Positions 14,575 through 22,734 of a stretch of DNA of 32,000 nucleotides are shown piece after piece; position 1 is the stretch's first letter; every line of letters begins with the position of its first letter. The stretch lies in the NCBI GenBank assembly GCA_018401935.1, contig JAGYJQ010000011.1, positions 41,840 through 73,839 on the forward strand. Direction: 5' to 3'. The notes below the pieces were generated by a model, which worked only from the letters and a program-made list of their open reading frames with translations, did no database searches and was not told the origin of the DNA. Made by a program: the position numbers and the translations under genes. This DNA is from Balneolaceae bacterium. Its GTDB lineage: Bacteria; Bacteroidota; Rhodothermia; Balneolales; Balneolaceae.

Positions 14575-17500
14575 TTATGCTACATCTTCCATTCGAACTC
14601 CTACCAATCGACTGACACCGGTTTCAGGCATGGTGACACCATACATCATCTCTGCCTTACTCATGGTTTTTTTATTGTGCGTAATAATGATGAACTGAGT
14701 GTCATTTGAAAACTCTTTAATCATTTTAGCAAATCGTTCGATGTTTGCATCATCTAAAGGAGCATCAACCTCATCCAATACACAAAAGGGTGAGGGTTTT
14801 ACCAGATAGATAGCAAACAGTAACGCGATGGCGGTGAGTGTTTTTTCCCCTCCTGAAAGTTGGGAAATACCCGAGGGTCGCTTACCCCTAGGTTGTGCTT
14901 TAATTTCAATGCGAGCCTCGAGTGGGTCTTCGGCATCTTGTTCAATAATTAAATCACAAAAATCGTCTGCAAAAAACAGTGTTTTAAAAACACGTTGGAA
15001 ATTGGTTCTGACTGCCTCAAAAGTCTGGTTGAAGCGTTCGGTAGCGGTGGTATTGATTTCATCTATGGTTTCAAGAAGTTGAATCTCGGCTTTCCTTAAA
15101 TCTTCAATTTGTTCTTCATAGAAGTGTAATCTCTTGCTTTCCTCTTCATATTCTTCGATGGCAAGCGGGTTAACCTCACCGAGACTATTCACTTTTTGTT
15201 TGAGCCAACTAATTCGCTCTTTCACTTCCTCTGGGCTTTTGTCCTCGGGTAAAGGGTCACTCTGGAGTTGTTTAATGAGTAGCCCATAACTTTCCCAAAC
15301 ATGATCGCGAAGGCTTTCACTTTGTAGGTCCATTTTTTCCTTGGCCATATGTAAGTGATGAACCAGTTCGATGTTTACTTCTTTTTGGCGTCGAATTTCC
15401 TTCAGCTGTTTCTCTATTTCGTTTATACTACCCCGTTCTATTGCAGCAGCTTCCTGTGTTTTGGACAGAATCTGATCAGCCTCTTCTTTTTGGGTATTAG
15501 ATTCCGCTAATTTATCCCTCCAGCTAGCAACTTGTTCGGTGTTCAAGCCGATCTGAACATTTGCTTTGCCAATACGCTCCTCACGATGCTCGATGCGTTG
15601 TTCAACCCCATTTATACTAATCTGTGCTCGTTGGATTTCACGTTCGTGATTCTCAATCTTATTGGTAATGTCCTGATGTTTAAGTTGAGCGTCGTTATAC
15701 CGGCTTTGTGCACCAGAACGCTGTTCTTCTAATGATTCTAATAAGCTTTTTTGCTGTTCAAGTTTATGGTTATAGCTTTCAATTTTTTGTTCGATTTCTT
15801 TTTGAGAGGGGGCTATGTTAGCAAGTTCTTGTTGCGCATTTCCCTCATTGGATTGTAGAGAGTTTTTTCGGTTAACCCGATCGGTAATATTCTTTTGATA
15901 GACCTGCACCTTTGAACTCATGGAGTGTTTTTGTTGCTCTAATGCGCGAATTTGTTGCTCGAGATCTTTCAGCGCTTTATTGAGTACGGGTAGGTCAATC
16001 TGTGTGCTTTTACTTTGAATCTGTTCCAAGTAGTCAGTGAGCTTGTACAGTTCTTTCTGAATTTTAGCCTGTTGTTTCTCTAATCGTTCAATCTTAGTTT
16101 TTAAACTAACCCGCATACCGGCGTGGCTACTCTTGCTGCCCGATGTGTAAAAGGAGTATCCACTACGAACATCCCCCTGCAAACTCACCGAGCTCCACTC
16201 TTTTTTTAGCTCCGTTTTATTCATGAGCTCTACGTCTTCAAACACAAGCACATTACCCAGTAGGAGTTGCTTTAGAGCCGAGTACTTTGCTTTACAATCC
16301 ACCTGGTGAAATAAGCTGCCATCAGCAACATCATAGGTAGCGGCAAGTTGTTGAAGAGGAATAAAAGTAGCCAAGCCTTTTTTGTGTTCCTTTAATAGTC
16401 TAGCCGCAGCAATAGCCTCTTCCATCGTATCCACGACCAAATAATTTAGCATAGGACCTAGTGCCGATTCCAAAGCAACCGCATAGGTTTCATCGGTTGA
16501 AAAGACATCACTGACCGTTGTCATGCTTTTAAAATTAAATCGCTGTTCTTCTAACAGATATTGGACGCTCGATGGAAAGGCTTCATTGGAGGCGGCTAAA
16601 TCTTGAAGAAGCTGCGATTCAGACTCCGCGGATGCTAAGTCACTGCTAAGACTCCGAATCTGATCCTTCGTCTCGTTCTGGGTATGTGCAAATTGTTCTT
16701 TTTTTGCGCGGGCCTCTTCCAGTGATTTTTCCTGTTGGCTTCGTTGACTGAACATTGTCTCCAACTGTTCGTCTACCTGGCTTTGCTGCTGAGTAATGGT
16801 GGCTATCTCACTATTCAGGTTAGAAATTTCAGACTCGATACGTTCTAGGTCCCCTTCCGTATTTTCTAGTCTGGATTCAATTTTAATTCGCTTGGCCTGA
16901 AGCTGTGTTAATTCATTTTTAGCAGCACTAATTTGTACTTCGAGCTCATATATCTCATGGCGAACTTTGCTGTATTGTTGTTGAGTTTGGGTGTAAATAA
17001 CTCTCGAATCATCTAAGCTTTTCTCAGATCGTGCTTGTTCTGTAGCAAATTCCTCTAGTTTCTCCTGACTGTGTGTTCGAACCTGCTGTAACTCTGCTAA
17101 ATCCTTATTACCCTGTTCGATATCCCTTTTATATTCACTTAGAACTTTTTCTTCACTTTCAATTTTTTGCTGGGCAATACGGATTTGGGTGGTGGCCTCC
17201 TGTACAGCTTCTGCTAGTGACTGTACTCTACGTTGAGCTTCGGCCTGTGCTCGTTCTTTTTCGACAAGTGCTTTTCTAGCCAGCTCATCTTCGGCTTCAA
17301 GATGGCTCAGTTTTTGCTGAAGCTGAGTTTTTTCCAGCTCTGCAGAAGTAACGCGTTCAATTAATGGATTTAGTTCTTGCTGAATGCGCTCATAATCATG
17401 TAAGGTAAGCGCTTTATCTAGTTTTTCTAGTTCTTCTTTATATCCCTTTGCCTTGATTGCTTTTTCTGCTTGGATTTCTAAGCTTCGTGTTTTCTTGCGT

Positions 17501-18093
17501 AATTCAATCAATAAATCATCGATGCGTTGAAGATCCTTTCGTGTTTCCTCAAGTTTTCTGAGGCTTCTTTTTCGCTGATCTTTGTAGCGTGTGACACCTG
17601 CGGCCTCTTCAAAAAGTTTCCGGCGATCGTTGTTTTTATCATTTAAAATTTCCTCTACCATCTTAAGCTCAATTACTGAATACGCATCCGACCCCATTCC
17701 GGTATCCATGAACAGTTCCATGATGTCTTTCAATCGGCATGAAGTACCATTAATTAGGTATTCAGAATCTCCAGAGCGGTATAAACGGCGAGTGATGGTC
17801 AGTTCTGAGTATTCAATGGGTAAAATACCTTTGTCGTTTACAAAAGTAAGTGATACTTCAGCCATCCCAAGAGCTTTTTTCTTGGCAGTTCCATTAAAAA
17901 TCACGTTACTCATTGCCGAAGAACGCAATAATGAAGGTCGTTGTTCTCCGAGTACCCATCGTAAAGCATCCACAATATTGGATTTTCCACACCCGTTTGG
18001 ACCGACGATGGAGGTGATTCCACTATCAAAGCTCACTTTTGTTTTATGAGCAAAACTTTTAAATCCTTGTAATTCGAGTTCAGATATGTACAA
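14575..18093 (-). CDS. smc: Chromosome segregation protein SMC
   Basis: The N-terminal Walker A is FKSF...[19 protein letters not shown]. Long coiled coils flank a central hinge. The C-terminus has the signature [17 protein letters not shown] and Walker [13 protein letters not shown]. Length is 1172 aa. Confidence 0.95.
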   Translation of the reverse strand: MYISELELQGFKSFAHKTKVSFDSGITSIVGPNGCGKSNIVDALRWVLGEQRPSLLRSSAMSNVIFNGTAKKKALGMAEVSLTFVNDKGILPIEYSELTITRRLYRSGDSEYLINGTSCRLKDIMELFMDTGMGSDAYSVIELKMVEEILNDKNNDRRKLFEEAAGVTRYKDQRKRSLRKLEETRKDLQRIDDLLIELRKKTRSLEIQAEKAIKAKGYKEELEKLDKALTLHDYERIQQELNPLIERVTSAELEKTQLQQKLSHLEAEDELARKALVEKERAQAEAQRRVQSLAEAVQEATTQIRIAQQKIESEEKVLSEYKRDIEQGNKDLAELQQVRTHSQEKLEEFATEQARSEKSLDDSRVIYTQTQQQYSKVRHEIYELEVQISAAKNELTQLQAKRIKIESRLENTEGDLERIESEISNLNSEIATITQQQSQVDEQLETMFSQRSQQEKSLEEARAKKEQFAHTQNETKDQIRSLSSDLASAESESQLLQDLAASNEAFPSSVQYLLEEQRFNFKSMTTVSDVFSTDETYAVALESALGPMLNYLVVDTMEEAIAAARLLKEHKKGLATFIPLQQLAATYDVADGSLFHQVDCKAKYSALKQLLLGNVLVFEDVELMNKTELKKEWSSVSLQGDVRSGYSFYTSGSKSSHAGMRVSLKTKIERLEKQQAKIQKELYKLTDYLEQIQSKSTQIDLPVLNKALKDLEQQIRALEQQKHSMSSKVQVYQKNITDRVNRKNSLQSNEGNAQQELANIAPSQKEIEQKIESYNHKLEQQKSLLESLEEQRSGAQSRYNDAQLKHQDITNKIENHEREIQRAQISINGVEQRIEHREERIGKANVQIGLNTEQVASWRDKLAESNTQKEEADQILSKTQEAAAIERGSINEIEKQLKEIRRQKEVNIELVHHLHMAKEKMDLQSESLRDHVWESYGLLIKQLQSDPLPEDKSPEEVKERISWLKQKVNSLGEVNPLAIEEYEEESKRLHFYEEQIEDLRKAEIQLLETIDEINTTATERFNQTFEAVRTNFQRVFKTLFFADDFCDLIIEQDAEDPLEARIEIKAQPRGKRPSGISQLSGGEKTLTAIALLFAIYLVKPSPFCVLDEVDAPLDDANIERFAKMIKEFSNDTQFIIITHNKKTMSKAEMMYGVTMPETGVSRLVGVRMEDVA

Positions 18094-18138
18094 CGTTTGC
18101 GGGGCTTAGGCTCTTGGTTTACATGGAAGCCAAGAAAT

Positions 18139-18708
18139 TTAGACGGTCATTATTTCCGATTCTTTTTGCTGTAATAGTTGATCTACATTGCTAGTGTGCC
18201 CATCGGTCACTTTTTGAACTTCCGCTTCTGCCTCAAATTTAGAATCTTCGGGCAACGAATGGAACTCTACAGCTTTTTTTACCGCATCATTAGCATCTCG
18301 GCGTACATTACGTATACTAATTCGGGCTTGTTCAGATTTATCCTTAGCCACTTTTACTAATTCTTTGCGTCGCTCCTCGGTTAAAATAGGCAGAGGTATA
18401 CGAATCAAATCACCATCATTCATTGGGTTGAGTCCCAAGCCTGAGGACATAATCCCTTTTTCTATATCTGTTATAATACTTTTATCATAGGGCTGTACTA
18501 ACAATAGTCGTGGCTCAGGAGCTGAAATATTCGCTAATTGCTGAAGGGGGGTTTGGGCCCCATAGTATTCTACTTGAATACCTTGAATTAATGCGGGGTT
18601 TGCCTTACCGGCTCGAATATGCGAAAATTCTTTTTTTAAATACTGAACCGCATCGTCCATTTTCATTTCTGCTTCATCTACTATTTCTTGCAGTTCGTCC
18701 GCAATCAT
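18139..18708 (-). CDS. frr: Ribosome recycling factor
   Basis: The 189-aa protein shows typical RRF sequence, and the pyrH-frr synteny is present. Confidence 0.95.
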   Translation of the reverse strand: MIADELQEIVDEAEMKMDDAVQYLKKEFSHIRAGKANPALIQGIQVEYYGAQTPLQQLANISAPEPRLLLVQPYDKSIITDIEKGIMSSGLGLNPMNDGDLIRIPLPILTEERRKELVKVAKDKSEQARISIRNVRRDANDAVKKAVEFHSLPEDSKFEAEAEVQKVTDGHTSNVDQLLQQKESEIMTV

Positions 18709-18852
18709 AATGTTCTCCTACCAAATTTTTGTTCAACTGAGTTATTATGGTATTGCCTTCCAGGCACATCTCCCTACGGGTTGATGTAGGCCATATACCA
18801 CCTTCGAAAATACTAAATGTGTGGTATAAATCTTAATAATTTGTGGGGGAGT

Positions 18853-19572
18853 TTATTCCCAAATGACCGTGGTACCATCATTGCTGCCTTCGCAGACAAT
18901 CTTCTTAAGTGTACCCTCTTTATTCATATTAAAGACGATGATGGGGGTTTCGTTTTCACGGCATAGAGTAAATGCTGTAAGGTCCATCACGGATAAGCGT
19001 CTTTTTAGGACTTCATCGCCCGTAATGGTATCAAATTTAGTGGCATCCGGATTAGTTTCTGGATCTGCGTCGTAAATTCCATCTACCCGAGTACCTTTGA
19101 GTATTACGTCGGCCTCTACTTCAATAGCGCGGAGGGCCCCAGCGGTGTCAGTAGTAAAATAGGGATTACCAGTACCGGCACCAAAGATGATGACGCGTCC
19201 TTTTTCTAGATGTCTGACAGCTCTACGGCGGATAAAAGGTTCGGCAATGGCTTCCATTCGAATAGCACTCATCAAACGAGTCATTATTCCACTACGCTCC
19301 AGCGCATCTTGTAGTGCCATCGCATTTATCATCGTTGCTAACATTCCCATATAGTCGCCTTGTACACGATCCATACCTTCGGTAGCCCCTTTTACACCGC
19401 GAAATATGTTCCCCCCACCAATTACGATACAAATTTCAATGCCTTGCTCATGAATAGATTTGATTTCTTTAGCGTACTGATGTAGAATCTTTCCGTCGAT
19501 ACCATGTCCTTGTTCTCCCAGTAAAGCTTCGCCACTGAGCTTCAAAAGTATGCGTTTATATGTATTTGCCAC
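18853..19572 (-). CDS. pyrH: UMP kinase
   Basis: It has [12 protein letters not shown] and the GGGNIFRG motif. The start is a GTG at 19570-19572. Confidence 0.95.
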   Translation of the reverse strand: MANTYKRILLKLSGEALLGEQGHGIDGKILHQYAKEIKSIHEQGIEICIVIGGGNIFRGVKGATEGMDRVQGDYMGMLATMINAMALQDALERSGIMTRLMSAIRMEAIAEPFIRRRAVRHLEKGRVIIFGAGTGNPYFTTDTAGALRAIEVEADVILKGTRVDGIYDADPETNPDATKFDTITGDEVLKRRLSVMDLTAFTLCRENETPIIVFNMNKEGTLKKIVCEGSNDGTTVIWE

Positions 19573-19592
19573 GCTATTTGGATTTGTAGGAT

Positions 19593-19625
19593 AAAAAAAA
19601 GGCTGACTTGGAATTCAAGTCAGCC
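19593..19625 (-). terminator. Rho-independent terminator downstream of tsf
   Basis: A perfect 10-bp stem pairs 19601-19610 (ggctgacttg) with 19616-19625 (caagtcagcc) around a 5-nt loop. On the minus strand it is followed by a run of eight T (plus-strand A-run 19593-19600). Confidence 0.8.
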
Positions 19626-19644
19626 TAATGTAATGAAATTTTAA

Positions 19645-20478
19645 TTAAGCGTCTTCGCCTAATTGAATTCGATGAAAGGATACTACAAGAGGTGCCTTAT
19701 TATCCTCTAAGTATTTTTTAACAGATAAACTGTTATCCTTCACAAATTTTTGGTTCAGAAGAACACGCTCCTCATAAAACCGGCGCAGTTTTCCTACTGC
19801 AGCTTTTTCTGCTATTTCTTCTGGCTTCCCTTCATTGATTAAAAGTTCCTTAGCTATTTCAAGCTCTTTCTCCACTACAGAAGCGTCAACTTCAGCTTCG
19901 GTAACGGCAATTGGCTTCATGGCTGCAACTTGCATAGCGACATCTTTACCAATTTCTGGGTCAATGGAAGGTCCGTCGAATTCGACGAGTACGCCCAATT
20001 GGTTGCCTGGGTGAATGTAACTTACCATGGCGCCATCGGTGGTTGCAAGTATGGTCGTACTGATTTGAATTTTTTCACCAATCTTCCCCGTCATGTCTTG
20101 AAGGTGATCAGCTATACTACGGCCTTCGATCTCAATGGCTAACAATGCCTCAACGGAAGTAGTATTGTTGTCGTAGGCAGCGTTCAAGAAAACATCTGCT
20201 TGTGCCTGAAAATCTTCGTTTCTAGCGACGAAATCAGTTTCACAATTGATCTCAATGGCCACTGCTTTTTTAGCATCATCACTGATTCGAGTGAGTATTA
20301 GTCCTTCTTTGGCTTCACGATCGGCTCGCTTGTCAGCTACTTTTTGGCCTTTTTTTCTAAGAATCTCAACAGCACTGTCAAAATCACCTTCGGCTTCTGC
20401 CAAGGCTTTTTTACAGTCCATCATGCCCGCTCCGGTCATGTCTCTTAGCTTCTTTACATCTGCGGCAGAAATGCTCAT
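19645..20478 (-). CDS. tsf: Translation elongation factor Ts
   Basis: The UBA-like N-terminus reads VKKLRDMTGAGMMDCKKAL, and the EF-Ts core includes the TDFVARN motif. Confidence 0.95.
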   Translation of the reverse strand: MSISAADVKKLRDMTGAGMMDCKKALAEAEGDFDSAVEILRKKGQKVADKRADREAKEGLILTRISDDAKKAVAIEINCETDFVARNEDFQAQADVFLNAAYDNNTTSVEALLAIEIEGRSIADHLQDMTGKIGEKIQISTTILATTDGAMVSYIHPGNQLGVLVEFDGPSIDPEIGKDVAMQVAAMKPIAVTEAEVDASVVEKELEIAKELLINEGKPEEIAEKAAVGKLRRFYEERVLLNQKFVKDNSLSVKKYLEDNKAPLVVSFHRIQLGEDA

Positions 20479-20522
20479 TTGTATGTCTCCAAGATTGAAA
20501 GTTTGGTAATTAAGTCGGTGAA

Positions 20523-21455
20523 TTATGCTTTTTCTTCTGAAACGCTGTCGTCGGTTTTGGCTTCTTCTGAAGTACCGTCCTCAGAAGAGGCAATGGCTTC
20601 TTCGGCCTTATCAGCTGGGGCGTCTTGAGGTTCTAAGGTCTCAAGTTCGCTGGTGTCTTTTTTCTTACGGCGAGAACGCAATTTGGTTTTAGGTTCTTGA
20701 TCGTCGTCAGCATCTTCTTTGGCATCCATAGATAATTCTTCCATATACGCCTCTTCCTCATATGCTTCACGCTCAGCAGCACCTTCGATAATGGCGTCGG
20801 CTACTTGTGACGTCACTAATTGAATAGTTCGTGCAGAATCATCATTACATGGGACGATGTAATCAGGAACATCGGGGTCACTATTAGTATCAACCATAGC
20901 AATAATAGGTATATGTAATTTAATGGCTTCACTTACCGCTAAATGTTCCTTCTGAATATCTACGACAAAAATGGCGCCCGGTAGACGATTCATATTGGCG
21001 ATACCACCTAAGGTATTTTCAAGTTTTTCTTGCTCACGTGAAAGCATAAGTCGCTCTTTCTTGGTAAGCTCGTCAAAGGTGCCATCTGTTTTCAGGCGTT
21101 CGATTTCTTCCATTCGGGAAATACTTTTTCGTACTGTAGCAAAGTTGGTTAACATACCCCCTAACCAGCGGTGTGTAACATAAGGCATTCCTGCTCTAAC
21201 CGCTTCGTTGCGTATAATTTCGGTCGACTGTTTTTTAGTCCCTACGAATAAGATGGTTTTTCCAGCACGAGATAATTTTTGGATTTCATCGATGGCTTCC
21301 TGAAGATAGTTTTGCGTCTTATTTAAATCGATGATGTGAATTCCGTTGCGTTGCATAAAGATGAATTCTTTCATCTTGGGATTCCAACGACGGGTTAGGT
21401 GGCCAAAGTGGGCACCTGATTGAAGTAGTTCCTGAATGGAGGCTGCTTTAGGCAT
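20523..21455 (-). CDS. rpsB: 30S ribosomal protein S2 with a ~65-aa acidic/Lys-rich C-terminal tail
   Basis: The N-terminus LLQSGAHFGHLTRRWNPKM and the S2 core are present. The tail is rich in D, E, K and S. Confidence 0.95.
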   Translation of the reverse strand: MPKAASIQELLQSGAHFGHLTRRWNPKMKEFIFMQRNGIHIIDLNKTQNYLQEAIDEIQKLSRAGKTILFVGTKKQSTEIIRNEAVRAGMPYVTHRWLGGMLTNFATVRKSISRMEEIERLKTDGTFDELTKKERLMLSREQEKLENTLGGIANMNRLPGAIFVVDIQKEHLAVSEAIKLHIPIIAMVDTNSDPDVPDYIVPCNDDSARTIQLVTSQVADAIIEGAAEREAYEEEAYMEELSMDAKEDADDDQEPKTKLRSRRKKKDTSELETLEPQDAPADKAEEAIASSEDGTSEEAKTDDSVSEEKA

Positions 21456-21619
21456 GATATATATAAGTGTATTAGGTTATTCCTCTGTGTGGATCAACTC
21501 TTTAAACCTATTAACAGAGCTGCTGTATGAATCATACATTTTGCGCTGCTAACACCTAGTTAAAGATCACCACACATGTGTTTTAGTGTGTAGAGCTATG
21601 CTCTGCTGTCTTAGAACAA
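21456..21619 (-). promoter_or_regulatory. rpsB promoter and structured 5-prime leader (candidate)
   Basis: Long-range complementarity joins 21485-21504 (..tgtgtggatc..ctttaa) with 21560-21578 (ttaaagatcaccacaca). The enclosed region contains the palindrome tgtatga-a-tcataca (21524-21538). Confidence 0.3.
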
Positions 21620-21645
21620 CCTGTATAAAATAAAATTTATACAGG
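21620..21645 (-). terminator. AT-rich hairpin 22 nt downstream of rpsI (weak terminator candidate)
   Basis: A 10-bp perfect inverted repeat cctgtataaa/tttatacagg has a 6-nt loop. The trailing sequence on the minus strand is only moderately U-rich (TTGTTCT). Confidence 0.35.
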
Positions 21646-21666
21646 GTCATTCATGTTATGTTCGTG

Positions 21667-22053
21667 TTATCGTTTACTGAATTGGAAACGTTTACGCGCT
21701 TTTGGTTGTCCGTACTTTTTACGCTCAACCATACGACTATCGCGGGTAAGAAGTCCATGCTCTTTAAGACGTGAATGCATGCCTTCTTTTTCACCATCAA
21801 TAGCACGTGCAAGAGCATGCTGTATAGCGCCAGCTTGTCCTGCCTTTCCACCACCTCGAACGGTAACCTTGATGTCGAATTGTCCATCCATTTCAGTAAT
21901 ATGCATTGGTGAAAGGGCGATATTACGCATAGCTTTTACCGGAAGATATTCTTCGATGGGTACGTTGTTAACGATAAATACACCTGTTCCTGGCTTAATG
22001 TATAAGCGGGCAGTAGAGGTTTTTCTTCGTCCTAGATAATTTGCTTGGGCCAT
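21667..22053 (-). CDS. rpsI: 30S ribosomal protein S9
   Basis: The 128-aa protein has GRRKTSTARLY near the N-terminus and the S9 C-terminal signature ARKRFQFSKR. Confidence 0.95.
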   Translation of the reverse strand: MAQANYLGRRKTSTARLYIKPGTGVFIVNNVPIEEYLPVKAMRNIALSPMHITEMDGQFDIKVTVRGGGKAGQAGAIQHALARAIDGEKEGMHSRLKEHGLLTRDSRMVERKKYGQPKARKRFQFSKR

Positions 22054-22059
22054 GATAGT

Positions 22060-22503
22060 TTAGAGCTCTACAATTTCAGGATTCTGTGCAGTATGCTGAT
22101 GAACAGGACCGGCATACACACGTAGATTTTTTAAAATTTTTCTACCCAATTTGTTTTTAGGTAACATGCCTTTTACAGCCATAGTAACCAATGATGTTGG
22201 GTCTTTTGCCATTTTTGCTTCGGCACTTGTAAATCGTTCACCACCTGGATAAAAGGTGTGATGGAAGTACATCTTGTCCGTCATTTTTTTGCCGGTCAAT
22301 TTTACTTTTTCAGCATTAATTACAATGACATTATCCCCTGTATCCATATGAGGAGTAAAGGTAGGTTTGTTTTTGCCACGTAATATTGACGCAACTACAC
22401 TACTCAATCGTCCTAATGGTTGGTCTTCGGCATCCACTAAAACCCAGTTCTTATCGATATCACTGGCTTTGGCTGAGTATGTTTTGAAACTTAAAGTATC
22501 CAC
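22060..22503 (-). CDS. rplM: 50S ribosomal protein L13
   Basis: Homology starts at VDTLSFKTYSA...WVLVDAEDQPLGRLSS. I place the start at GTG 22501-22503 (147 aa). The 23 extra residues from the TTG at 22572 have no L13 counterpart and overlap a promoter-like box. Confidence 0.9.
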   Translation of the reverse strand: MDTLSFKTYSAKASDIDKNWVLVDAEDQPLGRLSSVVASILRGKNKPTFTPHMDTGDNVIVINAEKVKLTGKKMTDKMYFHHTFYPGGERFTSAEAKMAKDPTSLVTMAVKGMLPKNKLGRKILKNLRVYAGPVHQHTAQNPEIVEL

Positions 22504-22569
22504 AGTATTTGTGTTTAATTGCTTTTTTGGAAAGACGTAAAAATTACGGGAAAAAAAACTACTTATCAA

Positions 22570-22577
22570 CAAATATA
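22570..22577 (-). promoter_or_regulatory. Possible Bacteroidota-type -7 promoter element (TAnnTTTG) for rplM-rpsI
   Basis: The minus strand reads TATATTTG (plus-strand caaatata at 22570-22577), about 65 nt upstream of the proposed GTG start. Whether this lineage uses that consensus is not known. Confidence 0.25.
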
Positions 22578-22734
22578 ATTACAAAGCTGTGTAAAGATTT
22601 TTTTTCCTTGAATACCATTTTTATAAATATGTGGATACAGCAACATAATTTATCAAATTATGGCCTGTTACATTAGTATACTTAGTCATCACAAATTTAG
22701 TAGAAGTATTTTTTTCTAATCAAATGAAGTTTGC

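Noticed and set aside
17591-18049. A 152-aa plus-strand ORF, together with other plus-strand ORFs at 14828-15082, 15532-15732 and 17073-17279.
   Set aside because: They lie entirely antisense within the strongly supported smc gene. Their composition is low-complexity and Ser/Leu-rich, as expected for the antisense of a coiled-coil gene, and they show no recognisable motifs.
14575-18093. The large SMC-family ATPase could be part of a defence system such as Wadjet or Lamassu.
   Set aside because: - It has the canonical 1172-aa SMC architecture (head, coiled coil, hinge, coiled coil, head).
- It sits in a housekeeping context (frr, pyrH, tsf).
- No JetABCD or LmuA/B-like partner genes are adjacent.
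- I interpret it as the chromosomal condensin.
21653-22039. A 128-aa plus-strand ORF and a 78-aa minus-strand ORF (21651-21887) overlapping rpsI.
   Set aside because: They are mirror or out-of-frame ORFs of the highly conserved S9 gene. Their Arg/Cys/Pro-rich sequence is typical of spurious antisense frames.
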